A stretch of 64,000 nucleotides of DNA. Source: a virus. The stretch's first letter is position 1. Each line of letters opens with the position of its first letter. The position numbers and the translations under genes were made by a program. The notes beneath the pieces were generated by a model. It did not search any database. It worked only from the letters and a program-made list of their open reading frames with translations, and was not told where the DNA came from. This document shows, piece by piece, positions 1 through 8,424 of the stretch. The stretch lies in the IMG/VR virus record IMGVR_UViG_3300045988_111617. One strand, given 5' to 3'.

Positions 1-183
1 ATATATTACCATCTATAGAAATTCAACATAAATATTGGTACTTATGGCGAGTTTCATTTTCTTGGTTAAAATGGAATTACACTATTAATATTACTAACCA
101 ATATTGGAATAAAGGTTAATAATAAATGCCAGAATGGTGGAATTGGTAGACACGAGGGACTTTAATAATAAAATGAATTAGTT

Positions 184-666
184 ATGGTTTATGAAAATTG
201 TAAATTTTATGGACCATATCAAAGTAAAAAGGATAAAAGATTAAGATGTTTATTAGTTCGTCCAAATGGAACTAAAGTTACATTATCTTATCCTAAATAC
301 TTGATGGAAGTTCATTTAGATAGATATTTGGAAAATAATGAAACAGTAGACCATATTGATGGGAATTTTCTCAATAATGATATTTCTAATTTACAAATTT
401 TAAAAAGGCAAGAACACTGTTATAATGATGTTATTAGAAATAAAAACATTAAAGTTAAATGTAGTTATTGTGGGAAATTATTTACTATACCAGGAAATAT
501 GATTAACAATAGAAATAGAAAGTTATCTGGATATTTTTGTAGTAAAAGCTGTTCTGGAAAATATGGAAGAGAAATTCAATTAGGTCTTAGGACAAAAGAA
601 GAAGATTCTCAAAAAATAATTCCAAATAAATATCAGGTTAAGAGTGCTCAAGTTGGAAACTCTTGA
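184..666 (+). CDS. HNH homing endonuclease
   Basis: 160-aa ORF; HNH-type motif VDHIDGNFLNNDISNLQIL; C-terminal Cys cluster CSYCGK...CSKSCSGK; TGA stop. Confidence 0.65.
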   Translation: MVYENCKFYGPYQSKKDKRLRCLLVRPNGTKVTLSYPKYLMEVHLDRYLENNETVDHIDGNFLNNDISNLQILKRQEHCYNDVIRNKNIKVKCSYCGKLFTIPGNMINNRNRKLSGYFCSKSCSGKYGREIQLGLRTKEEDSQKIIPNKYQVKSAQVGNS

Positions 667-924
667 GTAGATGTGGGCTAAACGGTGAAGGTTTCAGCCT
701 GTAAATGAAAATAACGCCGTGCTAAATTCAATAAATTAACTTATTGATAAATGTGTAGAGACTATACACCCACCTCCTAAACAATAATTATATTGCACGG
801 AGAAGACATAGTCCAAGCTAATAATTAATAGTAAGATTATTAGTATGAAAATCCCTTGGGCAGCAATGCCTGTGTGAGTTCAAGTCTCATTTCTGGTACT
901 AACTAAAGATATTGTATAGTGACA

Positions 925-983
925 GACAGAGTTACTTCATTAAGACTTGCAATTCTTAACTCTCATATAACAGCATCTCTGTC
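925..983 (+). other. structured element A (7-bp outer stem gacagag/ctctgtc enclosing gagttacttc motif and inner 4-bp hairpin)
   Basis: Perfect 7-bp inverted repeat closing 45 nt; inner hairpin aaga/tctt; shares core gagttacttc with elements at 1028, 1176, 4934. Confidence 0.35.
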
Positions 984-1027
984 TAAATTTTCTTATGATA
1001 TCTTATATAAGGCACTATTGTTGACAT

Positions 1028-1069
1028 TTAGAGTTACTTCAAGCGTCTCTTGCTTTCAACAGACTCTAA
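1028..1069 (+). other. structured element B (7-bp outer stem ttagagt/actctaa, gagttacttc core, inner hairpin aagc/gctt)
   Basis: Outer and inner stems covary relative to element A while the single-stranded core is conserved; immediately upstream of the tRNA. Confidence 0.35.
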
Positions 1070-1100
1070 AGATTGTTACATAGTGTCTTTCAATCTAAAC

Positions 1101-1230
1101 TTCCCTGTAGCTCAGTTGGTAGAGCATGATGTAAAAAGAACTGTAAAGAATGTTCCCTAATTGTGGTGATGTTTACAGTTACTTCGGATTTGTAATCTCA
1201 GGGTCCTTGGTTCGAGTCCAAGCAGGGAAG
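1101..1230 (+). tRNA. tRNA-like gene with canonical acceptor, D and T arms, interrupted by about 60-nt insertion; anticodon unresolved
   Basis: 7/7 acceptor pairing ttccctg(1101-1107)/cagggaa(1223-1229). D arm is tagctcagttggtagagc. T arm is cttgg-ttcgagt-ccaag. The insertion contains a 9-bp hairpin aactgtaaa(1140-1148)/tttacagtt(1171-1179). No 5-nt partner for the anticodon stem tgatg could be found. Confidence 0.45.
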
Positions 1231-1262
1231 TTTTTTAATAGAAACTTTAATAATATAACAAT

Positions 1263-1493
1263 ATGATAACAACAGTAGAAGAGCTAATTTCTGCATTAGC
1301 AAAGTATCCAAAAAACACGAAGGTATATTCCAACCTTATTACTCGAAATTTTAAGGGTGAACTTGTTATAGAACATCAAATAACTCTTGAAGAAAAAAAG
1401 GCAGCTGAAAAGGAAACAGAGGAGTTCTATAAAAGGTACAAAGAAGATATGGATAGAAGCGGAGAAATAACTTCTTTTGCAAATAGATGGTAG
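1263..1493 (+). CDS. hypothetical protein
   Basis: 76-aa ORF, TAG stop. Confidence 0.45.
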   Translation: MITTVEELISALAKYPKNTKVYSNLITRNFKGELVIEHQITLEEKKAAEKETEEFYKRYKEDMDRSGEITSFANRW

Positions 1494-1545
1494 AATTGCT
1501 ATCATTTAAATAATAATCATAAAATAACAAATAGGAGGAATAGAT

Positions 1546-1725
1546 ATGTTGATACCTATGTATTTTTTCATACAAATTTTATTTGTTGTACTTAGAATAA
1601 CTAATGTCATTGACTGGAGCTGGAATAAAGTACTCATTCCTACATGGATTATGTTGGGCATCCTTGCAATGTGGTTAGTGTTTTGTCTGGGCATATTGAT
1701 TGTTTCAGCAGCAATGTGTTTTTAA
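1546..1725 (+). CDS. small membrane protein (59 aa, below ORF-track cutoff)
   Basis: ATG at 1546 preceded by aggagga SD; two hydrophobic helices (MLIPMYFFIQILFVVL... IPTWIMLGILAMWLVFCLGILIV); TAA stop. Confidence 0.5.
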   Translation: MLIPMYFFIQILFVVLRITNVIDWSWNKVLIPTWIMLGILAMWLVFCLGILIVSAAMCF

Positions 1726-1747
1726 AATAAATTGAATATATGTAAGA

Positions 1748-2191
1748 TTGAATGGGAGGAATAATATGAAGCAGTTTAATTTGGATGAATACTTGAAGAA
1801 TCCGCAAAGGAAGGTTATTACAAGAGAAGGGCTTCCTGTTAGAATTATTTGTACTGATAAAATTTGTGACAACAGAGGAAGTCAAAAACCAATAATGGCA
1901 CTTGTAAATTTTGGTGATAAAGAAGTTGTTTATCCTTATACTTCAGATGGTATAAGCTCTCCATTATTGCCTAAATTTGATTTATTTTTCACCCAAGAGA
2001 AAAAAGAAGGTTGGGTAAATATATATACCGATAATCGTGGAGTCGCATATTCTGGACAAGTGATTCACAGTGAATATAAAAATGCAGAAACTGCTGGGCG
2101 GTCACTTGAAGGTTATCTAACAACAGTAAAAATAGAGTGGAAGGAACAAAATGTCAATAGATGGAAAGGCAAAAGATTTTGCTGGTTATAA
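1748..2191 (+). CDS. hypothetical protein
   Basis: 147-aa ORF with gggagga SD. Confidence 0.55.
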   Translation: MNGRNNMKQFNLDEYLKNPQRKVITREGLPVRIICTDKICDNRGSQKPIMALVNFGDKEVVYPYTSDGISSPLLPKFDLFFTQEKKEGWVNIYTDNRGVAYSGQVIHSEYKNAETAGRSLEGYLTTVKIEWKEQNVNRWKGKRFCWL

Positions 2192-2350
2192 CACGCCATC
2201 TTCACAAGATATAGTAACTTCAGCAAAGATGAATGGCAAATATGAAGGATTTAAGGCTGGTGCTGAGTGGATGTTTAAGAAGATGAGTGATTTTGGAAAG
2301 TATGATTATGTTGATTGGGACGATTGATAGGGAAATAATGGAGGTTTAAT

Positions 2351-2569
2351 ATGACAATAGAAGAAAAAGCAAGGGTAGAATACCCTTATATAACTCCATC
2401 TGACGGGTATGAAGACCATGATTATAATGAAGCCGCTAAAGACGGGTTTATTAACGGAGCAAAATGGATGCTTGAAAACGCGGCAAATTGGATTGGTGAT
2501 AATGTGGTCTTTGATAAGTTTGGAAGACCTATAGATGTCGAGAATTTTAGAAAAGCAATGGAGGAATAA
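2351..2569 (+). CDS. hypothetical protein
   Basis: 72-aa ORF with ggagg SD. Confidence 0.5.
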   Translation: MTIEEKARVEYPYITPSDGYEDHDYNEAAKDGFINGAKWMLENAANWIGDNVVFDKFGRPIDVENFRKAMEE

Positions 2570-2572
2570 ATC

Positions 2573-2806
2573 ATGGCGTGGTTAAAATATAGTGACAAGG
2601 GTATAGTCAATTTAGATAAAATTGTAAATATTCATGTTAGAGAAGCAGATACGTATAGGTGGGCTATTTACCTTCATGATGATGGAAATAATACATATCG
2701 CTCAAAGATATATAGTTCATGGGATGAATGTATGAAAGACTTTAATGTTTTGATGGAGTATTTGGAGGATGGCGCACAATTCATTGATATGACAAATCTT
2801 TTATAA
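2573..2806 (+). CDS. hypothetical protein
   Basis: 77-aa ORF with ggagga SD, tightly packed after previous stop. Confidence 0.5.
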   Translation: MAWLKYSDKGIVNLDKIVNIHVREADTYRWAIYLHDDGNNTYRSKIYSSWDECMKDFNVLMEYLEDGAQFIDMTNLL

Positions 2807-2819
2807 ATTAATTTAGATT

Positions 2820-3110
2820 ATGGGAGTAATTATAGGAGCAGTTATTTTATTTACATTTTTGTCACTTTTGTTTGCATTTTTAGCAGGTATATTTATTACA
2901 AAAATGCGTGATGATACTGATATAGTTTGGTGTGTGGCTTCTATACTTGGCCTCATATTAAATGTTGGTCTTTCTATAGCTGCAATACAGGTGTATTATG
3001 AGAAAAAAGAATACTTACCAACCAAATATGAACTCAAAAAGAAAGTTATTCATATTGAAGAAGACAACACAATTAAATTAGATACAGTTTACAAATTTAT
3101 GTGTAAATAA
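2820..3110 (+). CDS. hypothetical membrane protein
   Basis: 96 aa with two predicted TM helices at N-terminus. Confidence 0.5.
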   Translation: MGVIIGAVILFTFLSLLFAFLAGIFITKMRDDTDIVWCVASILGLILNVGLSIAAIQVYYEKKEYLPTKYELKKKVIHIEEDNTIKLDTVYKFMCK

Positions 3111-3111
3111 T

Positions 3112-3474
3112 ATGGAGTCAATTTATAATAGCTATATCCCAGAAGATTTAGCCAGAAAAATGCTGGATGTTGGGTTTCCTCTGTACAAATATGGTATAGG
3201 AAGTTATGATGGAAAACCATCTTTCTTTACTGTAGATGAAGATAATCCAATATGGGAAACTTGTGAGAGATTTAGAATCCCTACATATGCAGAAGCTCTG
3301 GATATGCTTTTAGATAAAAATATTACAATCTCTATAGAACCAACGGATGAACTTAAGTTTGAATTTTTTATCTATTTTCAGAGCACAAAAGGAAAGATAA
3401 GTAGTCTTTCTAGTGTACGCGATAATTTTAAAACGGCATTAAAAGATGCAACATCTATGGCTATTTGTTTTTAA
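3112..3474 (+). CDS. hypothetical protein
   Basis: 120-aa ORF directly abutting the previous gene. Confidence 0.5.
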   Translation: MESIYNSYIPEDLARKMLDVGFPLYKYGIGSYDGKPSFFTVDEDNPIWETCERFRIPTYAEALDMLLDKNITISIEPTDELKFEFFIYFQSTKGKISSLSSVRDNFKTALKDATSMAICF

Positions 3475-3656
3475 ATAAATTTAATATGTTAGTAAAAGAA
3501 CTTATTGAGGAGCTTAAGAAGTTTCCTGAAGATGCTGATATCATAGTTACTACAAAATATAAAGGATATAATGTTATATCTTCTGTTGGAGCTATGAGAA
3601 CTGTTGAAACAGAGAAAGACAATGCTGAAACTATTTGTCCAGTATTGATTTTCTAA
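3465..3656 (+). CDS. hypothetical protein
   Basis: 63-aa ORF overlapping previous stop. Confidence 0.4.
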   Translation: MFLNKFNMLVKELIEELKKFPEDADIIVTTKYKGYNVISSVGAMRTVETEKDNAETICPVLIF

Positions 3657-3671
3657 ATATATGGGGGTGTT

Positions 3672-3845
3672 TTGGTTTTGATTACACTCTATTTGGTAGT
3701 ACCTTATGCAGTAGATGTGCAGCCTACTTTAAAAAAGCACAAACCAATAAATGCTAACAAAGCTAGAAAAACAGTTAGAAGCCTTGTAGATTATATTAAA
3801 TCTGCTATGCAGGCACCAGCAATCTCTTTTGCAGTTGCTGCCTAA
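3672..3845 (+). CDS. possible small secreted/membrane protein with TTG start
   Basis: Open frame from stop at 3654 to TAA 3843-3845 without ATG; TTG at 3672; hydrophobic N-terminus LVLITLYLVVPYA. Confidence 0.2.
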   Translation: MVLITLYLVVPYAVDVQPTLKKHKPINANKARKTVRSLVDYIKSAMQAPAISFAVAA

Positions 3846-4197
3846 CAACTGGCTTTAGTATTTGTGCCTTAAACAAATACTTGGTGGATGATGGGTGGAT
3901 GTTACCACCTGACTTTTGGAGTATTTCAGCAGTAATTGAAATACTATCCTAAGCATATAAATAAAGGTATTATTGAAGGTTTGTAAGACACAGGTTCAAC
4001 TACTCGGACCCTCTGCACAGGAATGTGCAGATGAAAACTGCTTGAACTGCTGGAAAGCTAAGTATCTGTTGAGAAACACATATATGCTAATCAGCATCCA
4101 AGCCTCTGGGAAGACAGAGGAAGGTTCAGAGACTAAGGACACTAAGGTGAGCCTACAGTAAGCAGCACCAAGAACTGGTGATGATATAGTCCAATCT

Positions 4198-4773
4198 CTA
4201 ATTAAAATTAGAAATATATTTTGAAATTAATTTAAGATATTGTTTAGTTTCTAAATCAGACATTGTATTTTTAAGATAATTTATAGGAGTAGATACAAAT
4301 TGTATATTTCCTATGATATATCCTTTAGAAGAATCTATTCTATCTAAAGAAGCCCTATTAGCAATAGGAATATCTTTAGTATGATTAGATGTAGGTAAAA
4401 TAAGAGAAATTCCAGTATATGGACATATTCCTTGCTGATTATTCCAGACTTCTCTGAGATAATCTATAGTCAAATTAAAGTTCTTATACCTCTTTTTAGC
4501 ATTTCTAAAGGTATATTTAAAAGGAGTATCTTCTGTTCTTTTATTCCCTGAAAGAGAAGATATATGCTTTTTACCTTCTTCACTGTTTCTCCAATCAGAA
4601 GTGTGATTAAGATTATGTTTATTAGCATAAAGTACTGAGCAACTTCTGGAACAGAAGTTATGTCTTCCTAATTTTAAATTTCTTTTATACTCTGATTCTG
4701 GTTTAGTAGCTTCACATCCACAATTATCACATGTAAAAGTGATAAGTTTTCTATTTTTCTTATAATTTAGCAT
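4198..4773 (-). CDS. HNH homing endonuclease
   Basis: 191 aa; N-terminal CDNCGC...CSRSC zinc-binding; C-terminal SLDRIDSSKGYIIGNIQFV typical of phage HNH_3 endonucleases. Confidence 0.6.
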   Translation of the reverse strand: MLNYKKNRKLITFTCDNCGCEATKPESEYKRNLKLGRHNFCSRSCSVLYANKHNLNHTSDWRNSEEGKKHISSLSGNKRTEDTPFKYTFRNAKKRYKNFNLTIDYLREVWNNQQGICPYTGISLILPTSNHTKDIPIANRASLDRIDSSKGYIIGNIQFVSTPINYLKNTMSDLETKQYLKLISKYISNFN

Positions 4774-4985
4774 AGTTAATATAATTAATCATGCAAAGAT
4801 AAGAATAAGTCGTGGAATTATCAAGTTAATAATTGAAATATTTAGCGAGTCCTGTCACCTCCACTAATAAATGGGGAAGTAGCATAATAAAAAAACTCTT
4901 GAGCTTTTACTTCTGAAGAGATAGTGTTATTGAGAGTTACTTCAGGTTAATGCATTAGTATCATAAACTAAAGATTGTTTGTTCA

Positions 4986-5001
4986 AATCAAACCTTCCCC
5001 A
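4986..5001 (+). repeat. 16-bp direct repeat aatcaaaccttcccca (left copy) flanking GIY-YIG cassette
   Basis: Exact 16-nt match with 5712-5727. Confidence 0.8.
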
Positions 5002-5068
5002 GGAACATAAAAGTAGAACCTCCACGCGGTATGTTCTGGGTAATGCTAATCTACTTAATATAACAATT

Positions 5069-5713
5069 ATGATTTCTATTTACTGTATTACTAATAAAAT
5101 AAATGGAAAAAAGTATGTTGGGAAAACTCATTTACCTATAACTTCCAGATTTTCCCAACATATCCATGATGCTCTGTTTAGACCTTCTATGAATAGACCT
5201 CTACATAAGGCTATATTAAAATATGGAAGAGAAAATTTTGATATAGAATTGCTATGTACCTGTAGTATAGAAGAATCAGATTCAAAGGAGTCTTATTATA
5301 TCAATAAATTAGGTACTTATAGAAAAGGATATAATGTAACTCTTGGAGGAGAAGGTAAATTTTCTATTGACTATAAAGAAGTAATTGCGGTATATAAATC
5401 TGGAAACAGTATAACAGAAACTTCAAGGATAGTAGGATGTGATAAAAGTTCTGTCTTGAAGATTTTAGATATGTATAATATTAAAAGACATCCAAGATTT
5501 TCTGTTACTTCTGGCAAGAGTAAAGCTAAAGCTGTCTTGCAATATTCATTAGATAATAAATTTCTTAGGAAATTTAACTCCTCAGAAGAAGCAGCTAAAC
5601 ATATTGTACAAGAGAGAAGAATAAAGTATAGCAAAGGGGTGTCTTCTAAAATAGCAAATTGTGCTAAACATAAGACATTCTCAGCATATGAATATAAGTG
5701 GGAGTATGAGTAA
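5069..5713 (+). CDS. GIY-YIG homing endonuclease
   Basis: MISIYCITNKINGKKYVGKT GIY-YIG motif; the ORF-track start at 4979 is TTG and lies upstream of the repeat; ATG at 5069 favoured. Confidence 0.7.
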   Translation: MISIYCITNKINGKKYVGKTHLPITSRFSQHIHDALFRPSMNRPLHKAILKYGRENFDIELLCTCSIEESDSKESYYINKLGTYRKGYNVTLGGEGKFSIDYKEVIAVYKSGNSITETSRIVGCDKSSVLKILDMYNIKRHPRFSVTSGKSKAKAVLQYSLDNKFLRKFNSSEEAAKHIVQERRIKYSKGVSSKIANCAKHKTFSAYEYKWEYE

Positions 5714-5727
5714 TCAAACCTTCCCCA
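5712..5727 (+). repeat. 16-bp direct repeat aatcaaaccttcccca (right copy)
   Basis: Exact match to 4986-5001; overlaps stop codon of the GIY-YIG gene. Confidence 0.8.
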
Positions 5728-5731
5728 CCAT

Positions 5732-5761
5732 AGGACACTTCAGAATGAGGTGTCCTTTTTA
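5732..5761 (+). terminator. rho-independent terminator
   Basis: aggacac...gtgtcct stem followed by T-run. Confidence 0.6.
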
Positions 5762-5787
5762 TTTGTAAATCATTAAAACCTTATATT

Positions 5788-6171
5788 ATGATAGAGTATA
5801 GAGTTGTAATTTGGAACTTTTCTACTGACAGAGTAGAGCATTATGATATAATGCCTTATCTGTACAGAAGACTTGAAGAGAAGAGGAAGAAAAGGCAGAT
5901 AACATTGAAAGACCTCACTCTGGAAAAGCTGAAAGAGTTCATTGATGCTGAATCAAAGTATCAGTTCTGGGCAAGATGTGAGTATGAAGTAATACTTTCT
6001 TCATGGCCCCCAAGAGAGAATGGACGTAGACATAAGATGGATGTATATGAGCAGATTCATATGAATCTTGACAATATAGCCAAACTTATGTATGATGACC
6101 TTCAGAGAGGAAAGCCTGCAAGAGTAAGCAAGACAAATAAGTACATAAGAGTTAAAACTTTAAATAGTTAA
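5788..6171 (+). CDS. hypothetical protein
   Basis: 127-aa ORF. Confidence 0.5.
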   Translation: MIEYRVVIWNFSTDRVEHYDIMPYLYRRLEEKRKKRQITLKDLTLEKLKEFIDAESKYQFWARCEYEVILSSWPPRENGRRHKMDVYEQIHMNLDNIAKLMYDDLQRGKPARVSKTNKYIRVKTLNS

Positions 6172-6542
6172 TGAACAATCAATCAAAAATTCTTCTCACT
6201 GTACAAGGTATAGAGGGAGGAACCCTAAGACCCATTGGGAAAAAGAGGGTCAAGTGGTCCATAACCAAAAAAGATTTGGACCCAAAATACCATGGTAAAG
6301 ATGCATTCAAGCCAATCAGGAAAGGTCATACGGATATTCCTGATTTTGAGGAAATATCTTGCCAGCAGACTATTAAACTTACACAGGATGCCTATGACTA
6401 TATGACATCCCCTGAACAACCTTACTGGTTCAAAGGTAATTGGAAGCTCATGACCAAGAAACAGAGACTTGAGGTTCATCTTCAGAGGATATGTGATGAT
6501 AGGAGAGGCACAAGTTACACCTATTCAATCCTTGAAGATTAA
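6171..6542 (+). CDS. hypothetical protein
   Basis: 123-aa ORF, start overlaps previous stop. Confidence 0.5.
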   Translation: MNNQSKILLTVQGIEGGTLRPIGKKRVKWSITKKDLDPKYHGKDAFKPIRKGHTDIPDFEEISCQQTIKLTQDAYDYMTSPEQPYWFKGNWKLMTKKQRLEVHLQRICDDRRGTSYTYSILED

Positions 6543-6742
6543 TGAAAGTAAGAACAAAGAAAGTAATCTTATTTGCACTATGGCTTGTAATAGTATTTCC
6601 TGTTTTTGGAATGCTTCTTTCAGGCTTAAGTGCTCCATCTACCATTACTAATCTTGCCTCAGTGTTGGCAATAGTTGGATTAGTTTTGGTTAGTATAGAC
6701 ACAAAATGTTTCACAAACTTTATAAAAACTAAAAACAAATGA
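6542..6742 (+). CDS. small membrane protein
   Basis: 66 aa, two TM helices. Confidence 0.45.
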   Translation: MKVRTKKVILFALWLVIVFPVFGMLLSGLSAPSTITNLASVLAIVGLVLVSIDTKCFTNFIKTKNK

Positions 6743-7311
6743 GTAAATTTTTCAAATTTATTATGGTTATTGCAGCAGTAACCATGATGGCAATGTCCTG
6801 TACAAGAATCAATGCAGGATATGAGGGTATCAAGGTCAATCTCTATGGAGATAAAAAGGGAGTAGATGATATCACTCTTGTAACTGGTATGGTATGGTAT
6901 AATCCTATCACTACAGCAGTCTATGAATATCCTACATTCATTCAGACTGTAGACTATGAGCCATTTACTATCAATGCAAAGGATGGTTCTCAGTTCACTA
7001 TTGACCCTACTATCAACCTTAACATGATTCCAGGTACTTCTTCTAAGGTATTTGTAAAATATAGGAGACCTATGGAGGAAGTTATAAGGGATGTACTGTA
7101 TACTCATGTCAAGAATGCCTATAGGATTAAACTCAGCAATTATACTACAGATGAGTTGGTATCCAAGAGGGAAGAGTTTGAAAAGGCTACAGAAGATTAT
7201 CTCAGGGAAGTGCTGTTCAAGGAGAACTTTGAACTTGGAGAAATGACTTCAGGTCTTAAGTATCCTGCCTCACTTGAAGCCTCTATTACAGCAAAGAATG
7301 AAGCTAAAATG
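6739..7311 (+). CDS. SPFH/band-7 (stomatin/prohibitin-like) protein, exon 1
   Basis: N-terminal TM segment then SPFH-like region (GIKVNLYGDKKGVDDITLVTGMVWYN...). The ORF-track reading frame runs into intron sequence and stops at 7338. Splicing at the duplicated aaaatg joins it to exon 2. Confidence 0.5.
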
Positions 7312-7444
7312 TATGGTTTCCTAACAAGAAATTGTTAGATAAAAAATATTTCCTTAATTGCTGGAAACTCCTAAGTAATTTATTTACTCATTTGCATAAA
7401 TCAAATATTTTTATTATATTTGTTTTATAAAAATGAAATAAATT

Positions 7445-8146
7445 ATGGACAATCAGCAGCCAAGTACTAATTACAGAAGTATAAAGAAAAATGCTCTAAA
7501 ATACATAGTTTCTATTGGGGAAATCTATGGAGTTTATAAAGTATTATCTGAAGAGAAAATACAAACTTCTAAATGTACAGAAGTTAGATATAGATGTGTA
7601 AATATAAACTCTGGGCAAGAATATCTTAAAAGAGGAAGAGAACTTTATAGAATAAGAGACAGAGTAAATAATAAATTTCAAAATAAAAGACAAGAAGGAC
7701 TTAGAAGGTATTTATATAGAAATTATATGAATAATGCAAGGAAAAGGAAGCATGACTTCTCTTTATCATTTGAGGAATTTGATAATCTTATATCACAGCC
7801 ATGTTATTATTGTGGAGAACCTCCTAAAGAGGTAGATAAAGAGTTCCTTTGTAAAAGAGGGGATAGATTTCAACCCAATATAACTGTAAATGGAATTGAT
7901 AGAAAGAATCCTCTGATTGGTTATCAGTTAGATAACTGTGTTCCTTGTTGTCCTACTTGTAATTATATGAAACATGTCTCTACAGAATCTGAATTTCTCT
8001 CTCAAATAAAGAAAATCTATACTTTTAAAATTAGTAAAGGTTCAACGACTATCCCGAGAGGGAGTACATCACAAGCTAATGGTGATGGAAATGGGAAACC
8101 CTTAACAGATAATACTGAAGGTGAAGATATAGTCTCAACTTTATAG
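7445..8146 (+). CDS. HNH homing endonuclease (intron-encoded)
   Basis: 233 aa; HNH motif GIDRKNPLIGYQLDNCVPCCPTCNYMKH. Confidence 0.65.
   Translation: MDNQQPSTNYRSIKKNALKYIVSIGEIYGVYKVLSEEKIQTSKCTEVRYRCVNINSGQEYLKRGRELYRIRDRVNNKFQNKRQEGLRRYLYRNYMNNARKRKHDFSLSFEEFDNLISQPCYYCGEPPKEVDKEFLCKRGDRFQPNITVNGIDRKNPLIGYQLDNCVPCCPTCNYMKHVSTESEFLSQIKKIYTFKISKGSTTIPRGSTSQANGDGNGKPLTDNTEGEDIVSTL
8099..8134 (+). repeat. 36-nt repeat (33/36 identical to 11857-11892), intron core segment
   Basis: cccttaacagataatactgaaggtgaagatatagtc vs cccttaacagataatgctgaaggtgaagacatggtc. Confidence 0.8.
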
Positions 8147-8208
8147 AAATATAAAGAAGTTTCATAGAAAACTGCATAAGTGTTGCGAACTTATGTGAAG
8201 ATAAAATG

Positions 8209-8424
8209 GTACAGAAGAGTCAGAAGGCACAGAATGAACTTGAACTTGTAAAGGCAGAGGCAGAGAAGATGCTTGTTTCTGCAAGAGCAGAGAAAGAGGC
8301 TAACTTGCTTAGGACACAGGCTCTTACACCTCAGGTGCTTGAACAGATGTGGATAGAAAAGTGGAATGGTGTTCTACCTGTATATGGTACAGTTCCTACT
8401 CTATTCAAAGATATAACCAAGTAG
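8209..8424 (+). CDS. SPFH/band-7 protein, exon 2 (C-terminal coiled-coil)
   Basis: VQKSQKAQNELELVKAEAEKMLVSARAEKEANLLRTQALTPQVLEQMWIEKWNGVLP resembles the AEAEA-rich C-terminus of SPFH proteins; in frame with exon 1 after splicing. Confidence 0.5.
   Translation, partial: VQKSQKAQNELELVKAEAEKMLVSARAEKEANLLRTQALTPQVLEQMWIEKWNGVLPVYGTVPTLFKDITK

Larger units (their letters stand above)
7312..8208 (+). mobile_element. group-I-intron-like insertion carrying an HNH homing endonuclease (boundaries approximate, +/- 8 nt)
   Basis: Interrupts the SPFH gene between two copies of tgaag[c/a]taaaatg. Its 5' region (tttgttttata...atggacaa) and 3' region (36-nt repeat 8099-8134) are homologous to the helicase intron. 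It ends in G. Confidence 0.5.

Noticed and set aside
860-900. Second tRNA suggested by the T-loop-like gagttcaagtctc
   Set aside because: No complementary 5' acceptor strand, and no D arm within 80 nt upstream on either strand.
3973-4161. 62-aa plus ORF MKVCKTQVQLLGPSAQEC...
   Set aside because: It sits in the GC-richer hairpin-dense block with no start context and unprotein-like composition. Treated as non-coding.
6448-7107. 219-aa minus-strand ORF
   Set aside because: Antisense to the SPFH gene. Cys/His-rich, low-complexity translation with no start context.
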